Assembly (NCBI RefSeq): GCF_046119375.1
Contig: NW_027362769.1
Span: 370,574,001 to 370,638,000, forward strand
DNA length: 64,000 nt
Direction of reading: 5' to 3'
Source: Phyllobates terribilis
Lineage: Eukaryota
Below are positions 27,470 to 40,700 of the stretch, in pieces. Position 1 is the stretch's first letter, and each line of letters opens with the position of its first letter. A program made the position numbers and the translations under genes. Below the pieces are notes generated by a model. That model did not search any database. It was not told where the DNA came from and saw only the letters and a program-made list of their open reading frames with translations.

Positions 27470-30400
27470 CAGGACACAGCCCCATCCTCCTCCTAATGTA
27501 CAAATCAGGACGCGGACCAGTCCTCCTCCTAATACACAGGGATCAGGACGCGGCCCCGTCCTCCTCCTAATACACAGGGATCAGGACGCGGCCCCGTCCT
27601 CCTCCTAATACACATGGATCAGGACGCGGCCCCGTCCTCCTCCTAATACACAGGGATCAGGACGCGGCCCCGTCCTCCTCCTAATACACAGGGATCAGGA
27701 CGCGGCCCCGTCCTCCTCCTAATACACAGGGATCAGGACGCGGCCCCGTCCTCCTCCTAATACACAGGGATCAGGACGCGGCCCCGTCCTCCTCCTAATA
27801 CACAGGGATCAGGACGCGGCCCCGTCCTCCTCCTAATACACAGGGATCAGGACGCGACCCCGTCCTCCTCCTAATACACAGGGATCAGTACACAGCCCCG
27901 TCCTCCTCCTAATACACAGGGATCAGGACCCGGCCAGTCTTCCTCCTAATACACATGGATCAGGATGCAGCCCCGTCCTCTTCCTAATACGCAGGGATCA
28001 GGACGCGGCCCCGTCCTTCTAATACACAGGGATCGGGACCCGGCCCCGTCCTCCTCCTAATACACAGGGATCAAGACACGGCCCCGTCCTCCTCCTAATA
28101 CACAGGGATCAGGACACGGCACCGTCCTCCTCCTAATACACAGGGATCAGGACACGGCACCGTCCTCCTCCTAATACACAGGGATCAGGACACGGCCCCG
28201 TCCTCCTCCTAATACACAGGGATCAGGACCCGGCCCCGTCCTCCTCCTAATACACAGGGATCAGGCTACGGCCCCATCCTCCTCCTAATACACAGGGATC
28301 GGGACACGGCCTCGTCCTCCTCCTAATCCACAGCCATCAGGATACGGCCCCGTCCTCCTCCTAATACACAGGGATCGGGACACGGCCCCGTCCTCCTCCT
28401 AATACACAGGGATCAGGCCCCATCCTCCTCCTAATACACAGGGATCGGGACGCGGCCCCGTCCTCCTCCTAATACACAGGGATCGGGACGCGGCCCCGTC
28501 CTCCTCCTAATACACAGGGATCGGGACGCGGCCCCGTCCTCCTCCTAATACACAGGGATCGGGACGCGGCCCCGTCCTCCTCCTAATACACAGGGATCGG
28601 GACGCGGCCCCGTCCTCCTCCTAATACACAGGGATCGGGACGCGGCCCCGTCCTCCTCCTAATACACAGGGATCGGGACGCGGCCCCGTCCTCCTCCTAA
28701 AACACAGGGATCGGGACGCGGCCCCGTCCTCCTCCTAATACACAGGGATCGGGACGCGGCCCCGTCCTCCTCCTAATACACAGGGATCGGGACGCGGCCC
28801 CGTCCTCCTCCTAATACACAGGGATCGGGACGCGGCCCCGTCCTCCTCCTAATACACAGGGATCGGGACGCGGCCCCGTCCTCCTCCTAATACACAGGGA
28901 TCGGGACGCGGCCCCGTCCTCCTCCTAATACACAGGGATCGGGACGCGGCCCCGTCCTCCTCCTAATACACAGAGATCGGGACCCGGCCCCGTCCTCCTC
29001 CTAATACACAGGGATCGGGACGCGGCCCCGTCCTCCTCCTAATACACAGGGATCGGGACGCGGCCCCGTCCTCCTCCTAATACACAGGGATCGGGACGCG
29101 GCCCCGTCCTCCTCCTAATACACAGGGATCGGGACGCGGCCCCGTCCTCCTCCTAATACACAGGGATCGGGACGCGGCCCCGTCCTCCTCCTAATACACA
29201 GGGATCGGGACGCGGCCCCGTCCTCCTCCTAATACACAGGGATCGGGACGCGGCCCCGTCCTCCTCCTAATACACAGGGATCGGGACGCGGCCCCGTCCT
29301 CCTCCTAATACACAGGGATCGGGACGCGGCCCCGTCCTCCTCCTAATACACAGGGATAGGGACGCGACCCCGTCCTCCTCCTAATACACAGGGATCGGGA
29401 CGCGGCCCCGTCCTCCTCCTAATACACAGGGATCGGGACGCGGCCCCGTCCTCCTCCTAATACACAGGGATCGGGACGCGGCCCCGTCCTCCTCCTAATA
29501 CACAGAGATCGGGACCCGGCCCCGTCCTCCTCCTAATACACAGGGATCGGGACGCGGCCCCGTCCTCCTCCTAATACACAGGGATCGGGACGCGGCCCCG
29601 TCCTCCTCCTAATACACAGGGATCGGGACGCGGCCCCGTCCTCCTCCTAATACACAGGGATCGGGACGCGGCCCCGTCCTCCTCCTAATACACAGGGATC
29701 GGGACGCGACCCCGTCCTCCTCCTAATACACAGGGATCGGGACGCGGCCCCGTCCTCCTCCTAATACACAGGGATCGGGACGCGGCCCCGTCCTCCTCCT
29801 AATACACAGGGATCGGGACGCGGCCCCGTCCTCCTCCTAATACACAGGGATCGGGACCCGGCCCCGTCCTCCTCCTAATACACAGGGATCGGGACGCGGC
29901 CCCGTCCTCCTCCTAATACACAGGGATCGGGACGCGGCCCCGTCCTCCTCCTAATACACAGGGATCGGGACGCGGCCCCGTCCTCCTCCTAATACACAGG
30001 GATCGGGACGCGGCCCCGTCCTCCTCCTAATACACAGGGATCGGGACGCGGCCCCGTCCTCCTCCTAATACACAGGGATCGGGACGCGGCCCCGTCCTCC
30101 TCCTAATACACAGGGATCAGGACACGGCCCCGTCCTCCTCCTAATACACAGGGATCAGGCCCCGGCCTCCTCCTAATACACAGCCATCAGGACACGGCCC
30201 CGTCCTCCTCCTAATACACAGGGATCAGGACCCGGCCCCGTCCTCCTCCTAATACACAGGGATCAGGACGCGGCCCCGTCCTCCTCCTAATACACAGGGA
30301 TCAGGCCCCGGCCTCCTCCTAATACACAGCCATCAGGACACGGCCCCGTCCTCCTCCTAATACACAGGGATCAGGACCCGGCCCCGTCCTCCTCCTAATA

Positions 30401-30817
30401 CACAGGGATCGGGACACAGCCCAGTCCTCCTCCTAATACACAGGGATCGGGACACGGCCCCGTCCTCCTCCTAATACACAGGGATCAGGACACGGCCCCG
30501 TCCTCCTCCTAATACACAGGGATCGGGACACAGCCCAGTCCTCCTCCTAATACACAGGGATCGGGACCCGGCCCCGTCCTCCTCCTAATACACAGGGATC
30601 AGGACACGGCCCCGTCCTCCTCCTAATACACAGCCATCAGGACACGGCCCCGTCCTCCTAATACACAGCCATCAGGACACGGCCCCGTCCTCCTCCTAAT
30701 ACACAGGGATCGGGACACAGCCCCGTCCTCCTCCTAATACACAGGGATCAGGACCCGGCCCCGTCCTCCTCCTAATACACAGAGATCAGGACCCGGACCC
30801 GTCCTCCTCCTAATACA
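27470..30817. repeat. 38-bp CpG-rich minisatellite (GGCCCCGTCCTCCTCCTAATACACAGGGATCGGGACGC)n, about 88 copies, ending about 180 bp upstream of the XPO6 promoter
   Basis: Direct periodicity with a homogeneous core at about 28440-30110. Confidence 0.98.
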
Positions 30818-30995
30818 TGGCCCCTTCCAGGGACATACTGTATGTATTAACACCTTTGTTGCCCTAGTGCACCAGGGATATTTAAGGCAGAAACCACATC
30901 TTACATTTGCTCCCTTCTGTTAAGACATCTCTTTGCTAACATAACTGTCTGTGAAAAGCTGTCATTCCAGTCTGCAATTGCATCTGTTCCTCAAC

Positions 30996-31230
30996 CAACA
31001 TGGCGGCTAAAAGCGCACAACTACAGATCACGTGACAGGGGCATTTCAGTTCCGAACTTTCTCAGGCTCTGCTGTCATTGGTCGGCTCCAGCAGCTAAGA
31101 CGAGACATTCCCCTACCAATATGGCCGCAGGTCTCTTCCCTTACGCTGATTGGCCGCTCTTTCGTCTTAACGTTATCTGATTGGCTCCGGTCCCGGGCCG
31201 GCCAGGATGACTTCCGGCCAAGCGGAAGGA
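30996..31230 (+). promoter_or_regulatory. Probable TATA-less housekeeping promoter of XPO6
   Basis: YY1-like CAACATGGCGGC (30996-31007); E-box TCACGTGAC (31028-31036); CCAAT/ATTGG boxes at about 31078, 31116, 31149 and 31180 (the last three 31-33 bp apart); ETS ACTTCCGG (31210-31217) and GCGGAAG (31222). CpG-rich and about 580 bp upstream of the ATG. Confidence 0.7.
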
Positions 31231-31807
31231 GTGTAAGGCTCTGTCAATTAAACGGGGAGACGACAGAAGAGAAACGGCTGAGGCGACACTCCCCCCAACC
31301 CCAGGACAGGAAGCGTAACACAAGCTCGATAGAAACCCCCTTGGGAGTGGTGAAGACTGACCTCTGACCCCCCGTATAGGCATTGCTAACTGGGTGTGGC
31401 CCCCAACACTGACAGGGGCCACATGTGCTCTATATCTGGCTCCCAGTAACCATATTGGTTATTAGCAGTAATTTTATGTCTCCACCATTCATCTCTGTCC
31501 CTGTAATTACCGAGCTGGAGCTGTGTGCCCCCCCCAGAGCTGCCAGAATGGACTGCTCCTTATAACTTGTTGCCCCCTTAGGGGTAAACCAAGGGCTCAC
31601 CCTGTGGGGTTGTTTTTGTGTTTTTAGATTTTATTGTGTATGCTGTAATGATGTATTAGGCTGGTGGAGGGCGCAGCGCTGCCAGCTCATACAGTGCCAT
31701 TTTATACCCAGTGTGGGGGAGATCTGGGTCACATCTAGTCAGCGGGGTGACATGTGCCCGGAAAAAGGCGGAGAACCAAAGAGAAGAGCGTGAGAACCAA
31801 TCACAGG

Positions 31808-31810
31808 ATG
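31808..31810 (+). CDS. XPO6: XPO6 exon 1 coding part (ATG only)
   Basis: acaggATG|gtgagt has a strong donor directly after ATG. Exon 2 starts in phase 0 with GCA TCC GAG GAG (ASEE), so an ATG-only first exon is required. After splicing the Kozak context is -3 A, +4 G. Confidence 0.72.
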
Positions 31811-34800
31811 GTGAGTGTCTTGGCATGGGAGATAGACCACCCGGCCTCAGGGGGCATTGCTATGGGGACGCTGACAGGACCCTGCTACATTTTTTTTGCA
31901 TTTGCAGCTCTGGACATCTACTTTGCACCTCTGCCCCTTCCCCAATATTCATTGTCGGCGCCTATTAGGGCCATTTTGGGGCAAGGAACTTTTGTAAAAT
32001 TGATTTGCCCTCTAAGATCAGGTCCTGAGGACGCTTAAAGAGGAAACACTGCTGCAGCGATGACATCTCCACACAGTGACATGTGATAGCTGCAGCCAAT
32101 GACTGACTGCAGCGGTCACATCTTAAGTGGGCGCATTATAGCTGAAGCCTGTAGTTAGCACAATGGGGGAGATGAAATGGTTAATTTTTTTATTTAAAGG
32201 GGTTGTCCCTTATCAAAAAACTTCTCTCTATATGCAAAAAAACAAAACAAATTGAGCTTTACTCATCTCCCTGTGTCCAGCCTGCGCCTCTGTCCCGGTC
32301 TCGTTTGGGATTGGCTGCAGTGGTGACGGCACGTCAACAGCTCTGCAGCCAGTAACTGAGCTCAGAGGCTCGGCTGATATAGACAGCGCAAACTGATTGG
32401 CTGCAGCACTGTCAAAATTACATCACCGCTGCGGCCGAATAACAGAGAACAGGGCAGCGACGGAGACCCGGGGAGGGTGAGTAAAGCTCAGTTTTTGTTT
32501 TTTTACTCATCATTTTGGGCAAAAGTTTTGCTCATGAAGGGTAACAACCCCTTTAATACAATGATCTGTTGCATTTTTTTTTTTTTTTTTTTAAATCTTT
32601 TTACGTTTGCAATTTTTTTTTTTTTAAAGTGGTGAAAATTTTTGAAGCGATTTTTGTTTTTTGTCTCCTTTTTCCAAGACCCAGAATTTTTAGATTTCTC
32701 CACCGAAGGAGCTGTGTGAGGCCCTAGCTCTTTGCATGGCGAACTGACCTTTGTATTGTTACCATTTTGTTTTAGCTACTACATTTTGATCCCTTCTTAT
32801 TGCATTTTTTTTGCGGCATCTGAAAAAAACCCCAGTTCTGGCAAGTTTTTTTTTTTCTTGTTACGCCATTTACTGTACCGGGTTAATTAATTTTGTATTT
32901 TTGTAGACCGGACTTTTATGTATGCAATGAAACCAGATATGTTTGTCTCTTTAATTTTTTGATAGGGGAAAAATAAAAAATAGAAATTGTGTAGTAAAAA
33001 AAAAAACCCTAACTTTTATTTTTTATCCACTTAGTATACTTTACTCTGCGATCTTTCGATTGCTTATGCTATATTCCGCAATACATCAATGTTGCAGTAT
33101 ATAATGAAAATGGAGGTCCCTTTATAAAGCTCCGCCTGTGGCTGGACTTCACAAGAGGACCGCGATGGCAGCAATAAGGAAGCCTATAGTAGGCTTCTGG
33201 TGCCAAGCTACCCTATTGGTACCCCTTGATTGTATTGCGGGGAGAGTAATTGGCATTGGTAGCCATTCCATTTAAATGCCACTATTGGAGATTGACAGCA
33301 ATATCTAAATGGTTAACAGCAGCAATCTGAGTTCAGCTCTGGCTGCTGCTGTTAGTACATACCGCAATTATAATTATATGACAATTATATGACTACTACT
33401 CCCACCATCTGACTGTATAATCTCTTTCTATTCCCAGGCATCCGAGGAGGCCTCGCTCCGGGCCTTGGAGAGTCTTATGAGCGAGTTCTTTCACACCAGC
33501 ACATCAAATGATCGAAAAAGAGAGATCGGTGAGACCACCAGTAATGACATTTAGCACTGGGGGTGGGGGGGTGTTGTATTTTTAGGTGACCTTGGTTAAT
33601 GCTGCTGCTATTGGATAACCAAAGGGGGTGTAGACTGCTGCAGCCGGGCCCTTCCCTGCTCTTAAAGGGGTTGGTCTTGTGCCCCTTGGGATAAATGGAG
33701 CTGATAATAGGGGGCTTGGTAATGAATAAAGAACTGCTGTCTAAAGATTTCGCATGACCATGTATTATACAGTCGCCTTTTACTGTGACCTCATAAATTT
33801 AAAGGGATCACGGACTTATAGAAAAGAGCAAGGAGATTTGGTCCGGTCCCCTTTTGGACTGCACTTTTGTGACGAGCAATTCTTGGGGGTCTCTGGCCGT
33901 CACAAAACTAAAATCTTGGGGAGCTTTCTTGTATCTATCGGATGAGTTTCTCACCGGTTGGAGAGCCACCGGCCAAAAAAAGTAAAGACGATCTATTGTA
34001 AAAAGAGGAGGGAAACCAACATGTCTATATGTGCAGCCCTCAGAGAAGGATCCTGTTCTGGCTGCACTAACGCGTTTCAGACCAGACACGATTACGTGTG
34101 TTCGTTGCTGTGTAACTTCCTCTTGTGCTTCAAAAAACAACTAAAAAAAAAAATCTTCATTTTCATTTATCTCCAATTCAGTTTATTAACCAGAATTGCA
34201 GTAAAGAGTTAATAAATGACACCCGGGGTCCATGCACCATTCACAGGGTTTTCCATACATTTTTTTTGGGGGGGTTAATACACTAGATCTCTGTTTTAGG
34301 GGCAGTGATTGGGAGCGTTATTGTTCCTACACAGAGCGGCCCATGTACTTCACATCCGAAGGGTGTAACCTGCACTGAATGCCGGCTCTCCGCTGCTGCT
34401 CCTGTCTCTGGCGGTGACATCACGTCAGCTGCTCATATCACCACTGCAGCCAATCACTGAGCTTGCGGGTTTGTGCCGTATACATCAGCAGAACTGCTCA
34501 GTGATTTGCTGCAGCTGTCATATGAGCTGTGAACTTGACGTGACAGGAGCAGCGGATGAGAGCTGGCGCTGGACCTGGGGAAGGCGAGTACCATCTGGTT
34601 TTGTCACTTTACATTACTCTCAGCACAAAATGACTGTCCAAACCAAGCACAGGGGTTCTGTGCACCCGTGCTGATTGACAGCTCCAGCTTTACAGGAGGA
34701 TGGAGATAGATGGGAAGTAGGAAGGAAGCTGCGCCAAAATGTTTGGGCACAGCAAGGGTGCACCGAGCGCCTGTGCTTGGTTTGGACAGTCATTTTGTGC

Positions 34801-37667
34801 TGAACACTTTACATCAGTTGTTTAGGAATAGAAAGACATGACTGATTTTCCTCAAGATCCAGCATAGCTCCTGTCCACAGGTTGTCTGCACCCCATGGAT
34901 CGGTGCAGAGCCGTTTCTAGAAGACGGCAGCCATGTTTTTCTAAAACGACCCCTTGCGTGCTGGGTATCGGGTCGGTGTTAGTGATTCATGAATTCTATT
35001 ATTTTCGCCCCATTTATATGAAAGTCCAGAATACTGTTTGCTGAAACTACAACTCCCAGCATGTGTTTATCCTGTACCTGCTATATACCATATCCCGGTG
35101 TGCCTTTTCCTCCCTGGTCACGCTCTGCTTTGCTCTTCTGCACAGAGGCGCTGCTGAATAACTTTGCTCAGCAGCTCGGGGCCTGGAGGTTCTGCTTCTA
35201 CTTCCTGTCCAGCTCGCACAATGACTACGTCCTGATGTACAGTCTCAGCGTGTTTGAGGTGAGAGCTCCTCACTTATTGTCACACTGCCTACATCTAACA
35301 TTGCTCTTAAAGGGGTTTTCCAGGACTCTGATATTGATGGCTTATCCTCGGACTAGAAGATCGATATCAGAACCGCAGAGGTCCAGCACCCCCTCTGCTT
35401 GGCGGCGGCCATGTGTAAGTAGTGTATGTAGCGGGACATCACAGCTTCATACTCTCCTGGTTACTGCAGCTTAGCTACTAGTCACTTTAGTAGGAGCATA
35501 GCTACAGAACCTGGCAATGGCCCGTACATGCTGTGGTGTTGAGGCTTCATCCACTATTTACATATGAGCTCCAAACAGCTGATTGGGGAGCTCTGGATGT
35601 CAGATGAGCAGAGGTCCAGCACCCCCTCCACTTGGCGGCGGTCACGTGTAAGTAGTGTACATAGCGGGACACCACCTCTTCATCCGCTCCTGGGTACTAT
35701 AGCTTAGCTACTAGTAACTTTAGTAGGAGCATAGCTACAGAACCTGGCAATAACCAGTACATGGAGCTGTAATGTTGAGGCTTCATCCACTATTTGCATA
35801 TGAGCTCCAAACAGCTGATTGGGGGGGCTCCAGGTGTCAGCCATATTAATCACCCATCCTAAGTATAGGCCATCACAGTCCTGGACAACCCCTTTAAAGG
35901 AATTGTCCACTTTTCTGTATGTACTTTGATGGTAAGCTTAAAGCCAGGATGACTTGGGGGCTGAGTTGGGCTTCGGAGGTGATTTAAGGAAGAGCTAGGT
36001 GTTTGACATCTAGTGAGGTTTTGCCAGACTTGGCATATCTTCTTCTCCCTGCCTGGTCAAGTTTTGATTGTCTAATAATAAATCTTCCCCCATTGTTTTA
36101 ATCATACAGAACCTAATCAATAAGATGTGGCTGGGCGTCCCATCAGAGGAGAAGATGGAGATCCGTGGCTCGTTGCCCAAGCTTCTTCTGAGCCAGCACA
36201 AAGCTCTGCCCGGCTTCATCTGTAACAAGCTGTGTAAGGTGATCGTGGACATGGGCCGACAGGACTGGCCCATGTTCTATCATGACTTCTTCACCAACAT
36301 CCTACAGGTGAGGGCGAGCTTTAATTAGGGATTGAATAGAAAAGAAAAGCTGCTTTTTTTTTTTTCCCAAGAAACCACGCCACGACTGCCCATTGTCATT
36401 GCAGCTTGGCTCCATCTAGCCGAGCTGTAATACCACATTTGACCTGTGGACAGGTGTGGCGCTGGTTTTGGCCATGGTTTTTCTAATTCTGCACAACTTC
36501 TTTTAAGAGCCAGTCTTGCAGCACACATTTACTGTAGGCCTCTTTAACCTCTCATGTAGCTTATCCAGACCCCCAGCACAACTCCTCTGGGACTGATCAT
36601 GCTGAAGACGGCATCTGAGGAGCTGGCATGTCCCCGAGAGGACCTGAGCGTGGCCAGGAAGGAGGAACTTCGCAAACTGCTGCTGGAGCAAGTGCCAACC
36701 GTGCTAGGTCTGCTGACAGGTAGGACCATCGCTGGAAAACAAGTTGCACTATAGGGGGCGCTAGAATTGGGAAAGGATTTTTCATTCTGGCCGATGGTGA
36801 CGTATTGACCAAGTATATGCCAAGAGCCACGTATATCCGGCCCTATGGATATGTCTGGTGTCTGCTCTGTATCTGCCAAACCTCATCACAAAATAATGGG
36901 ACCAGAACTTAAAGGGGGTGTCCAGGACTGGCAAAATAAAATATCACATTTTAGTGGAACATGCAACTTTGCAAAGTTTATGAACCATGTGTGATGTTTT
37001 TGAGGCATTTGGCACAAAAAAAAATAAATGAAAAAAAATTGCTGACTCGGGCCATTAGTCACTTGATTTCTGGGGCCACTGATTGATAAACAGGTCGTCA
37101 TCCGAAAAGGGAGAAAAGACGTTCGGTCGTGTGACTGAATGTAGGGGACGTCATCACTTCTCGTCTTGGCAAATCTTTTTGGTGAACGGGCTAAATGTGA
37201 AATCCCCTTCAAAGATCGGCCCTATAAGTAATTCGTAGGTCGGCCCTACTCATAGACTGTAAGCTTGCGAGCAGGGCTCTCACTCCTTTTGATTTGAGAA
37301 ATGCTTATTCTGTATTGTTTGTATAAGTCCCCCCTAATATTGTAAAGTGCTGCGGAATATGTTGGCGCTATAAAAATAAAAATTATTATTATATATTATG
37401 GGGCGGTTGATTATTTACACACTGGAGGATCTGGTCTCTTTCCTTCCTTGGAGCCAATGGCAGGTTTCAGACTTCATGGTCGGAGTAAAGACTCCTCTTG
37501 TCTCGGGCGATAATCCATTATTTGTATAGAAACAGGAACCTTTTATACTTTCATATTCATTCCTGTTGAGAAGGGGGTGTTAATTATTTTTATTTTTTCA
37601 TTGCTCTTCCGGTTGCATAGATTTTTTTTTTTTACTAAATTCCAAAATATAGTTCTAAGCAACTGGG

Positions 37668-37712
<45 letters not shown>

Positions 37713-40700
37713 CTATTTTGTGCTAAGGTTTTCCTTTTTGTTGAAATCTAGGAGTTCTTGAAAGTATATGGGATAAGCACAGCGTAACTGCAGCCACTCC
37801 TCCACCGTCGCCAACTGCTTCAGATGCCGGTAAGTGCTCCAGCTTCTTATACGGTAATCCTATATATGTCGTCTTAAGTTTTCAGTGATTTTTCATTGAT
37901 ATTGATACTGTGAAGTATATGGTCCTTGCACTTGACGAGCATTCGCTGGAAACTGAAGCACTTAAAGGGGCTCTGCAGACGTCGCTCTGATGGCCACTGA
38001 CGGGTCCTGTGCACTATGGATGGGTACAGTGCCTGGTACAGCCATGCACGAGACCTGCCCATACTTGACGTGTGGTGTTCGTTGTTCCAATGCTCGCATC
38101 GCTTCTCGACAAAGGAAAACTGTCTACAAAGAGTCTTTTAAGATGCAAGCAGTCCTGCTGAAGTTTGCAAGACGAAATTGCATCTCTTTTCTGAAACTGG
38201 TTTGCTGTCATTTTTGCATCTGCTCTGACATTGGCATCTTTTTCTATAAGTTTTGATAACTAGCAAGAATGGCCAAAAAATGAGTGTGCTGCTTCTTTTT
38301 AACCACTTGATGGTTTCCAAACCCGAAGTATCGAAAGACTGAACTTGTGCAGAGCAGTGTTGTTTTTACATTGCTGCACACTATGTTCCTATGAAAAAAG
38401 ACGCTGTGTGCACGTAACCTAAGGGGTTAGAACGTGGCACATAGATTCCCGCTCAGATACTGGTAGTCTGTTAGAAAAACATGGCTGCTTCCCTCCCTTG
38501 TGCATAGGCTGCGTCTGGTTTTGCTGCTCTGCCATCATTTGGGTGAATGCCGCACACCGCCCCTGGATAAGAGGCATTTTTGTGTAGGTATATGGGTTCA
38601 AGGATAGTACTGACTGCTCTGCTCATATCTTGGAGAAGACCCAAAGGGACTTAGCCATCAGCTGAGCTCCTCTGCCCATTTGTTTCAAGAATCGATGGCC
38701 TCCAGACCCCTTCGTCATGCCTTGTTAGAGTATATAGACTTTGTAGACGGGGGTCCTGCACTCGGCAGTCTCATTAATGAGCCGGGGCAGAGATCTTTGA
38801 CTCTGCTATAGCCGGATGACTCTTCCCTCCTGGCAAAATCCGCTTTTTGCCAGGGGTCGGATCGCCAGGGTCAGCACTCTTAGACAACCCCTTTAAGGTC
38901 AGTCAGTGACTGTCTCTTGCAGAGGACTGGAATCGCTCTACTATTTCACATCCTCGATGAATGAGGACATTGCAGTTTCTGCACAGCGTCTCCGTAATAA
39001 TCATGTCATCAGCACAGCCCTGTCTTCGTCACGCATCGTCTTCCGGCATGTATGACATTTTCTCCCGAGATCAATGGTGTCTGCTTGTTGCTTATTTCCT
39101 TCCTGTTCACAAAAGCATTTGTGGTTCCCTTGTGTAATGCGGCTGAGCACCGTGTGTACTTGTCTAATGACGGGGTGCGGAGAGTTGCATTCTTATTTCC
39201 TGGACGAGCCCTTTAAATCTGCCGCATCGTAATATCTAAATGAATGGAGCCAGATGCACCACAAGGGGGTCATTGGTATCTGTGGGGGGTCGCCAGCCGA
39301 GCGATCATACAGTAATCGTGTGCGGATAGGTGATAAATGTATTTAGGAGCAACCCCCTCTTCCTCCATTTTTAAGGGTCTGTTCACACTTTGCACTTCAC
39401 CGTATCGCTGATCCATGTAATAGTGCAGCTTTTGGAAGCACGCAGAGATGTAATATAGGCATATGGAAGGTTAATTTGCAGTGTGCATTAGGCCTTACAT
39501 GACAACGTATCCTCGGCTGGGCGCTCAGCTGGTTTTGTGCCGTCCTGAATACAATATCGGGGGCGACTTGCAGCAAGTACGGGGGCAGAGAAATGCTAAA
39601 GCGATGGCTTTCTATATATTCTCTAATACATACATTTAGTCCACGGTGTTAATAAAGGGCACAAAGCCCCCTCCACTATAAATATAGGGTTGCTGGCCCG
39701 CATGCATTTACTAGCCGCCCCGGGGTCCACATTTCCATATGCTTTACATCAGGTCCAGCTAATTTCCCAGCAGAAATATGCAGCTTTTATATTTCAATTT
39801 ATACAAAAAATATTGTAATATTTTCTACAAATGGTCTCGGGCTTGGTTGGATGGGTCAGCGCCGGCTGCGGGCAACGTCTGCTGTGTGCTAATGACTCTC
39901 GCCTTGCTGGAAGCGTCCCAGAGATGTGTGGTGTAATGATACAGACCCGCCGCTCCATGGGGTGAGGGGACGTCAAGGGTTTACACTAAGAAAGCCTGGA
40001 ATACTTCAGCGGGCGACCTTGAAACCACGGGAGTATACCCTTCTGGAGGGTGGGGGGTCGGTATACATATGGGATTAGCTTAAAGCTCATCTGTATTATA
40101 TAAGTTTCCACTATGAGTTGTTTTCTGTCCTCTATTTGGTATCTATCCCATATCACTACATGTCAGGCCATGCTGGGAGTTGTAGTTGTGCAGCAGCTGG
40201 CTGGATCACGGAGCGATGCTTTCTTTAGCTGAGGCTACCGTGATGGATCTGATTGTTAACCCAGCACATTCCTGACCTGTCATCATAAAGCGAAGGCAAA
40301 TGCCCCCTGATCCTCAGAATGAAGGGGTCCTAGCGTTGATGCAGCCCCTTCAGTTTCTTGCACTGCACGGTGGAGCCCAGCCGCACGCCGGTGCAGAAAA
40401 CTGCAGCACGGCTCTACACAAGTGACCGGGGCTGCAATTCCCTGCACAGCCAGATGTCTGAGTGTGTCGCCATGCAGGGGAAAGGGTCAGTGGGCCACAG
40501 CCATGTATCTCTGTATCGGTGGGCTCCCGGCGTCTGGGCTATTTCAGTCAGGTCACTTGGTGAGATGGGAATGGCCATTAAAAACACATAAGTATATAAT
40601 TTTCAATTCCCAAAATACAGGTAGGCAACAATTGAAAGCTCCTTGGGCCGCCTGATTGTTGAAGGGGAATGTGTCTGGAGAGCTGTGCTTTGCTCTGAGG

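Noticed and set aside
27470-30817. CRISPR-like regular repeats
   Set aside because: Head-to-tail repeats without unique spacers, in eukaryotic DNA, with no cas genes.
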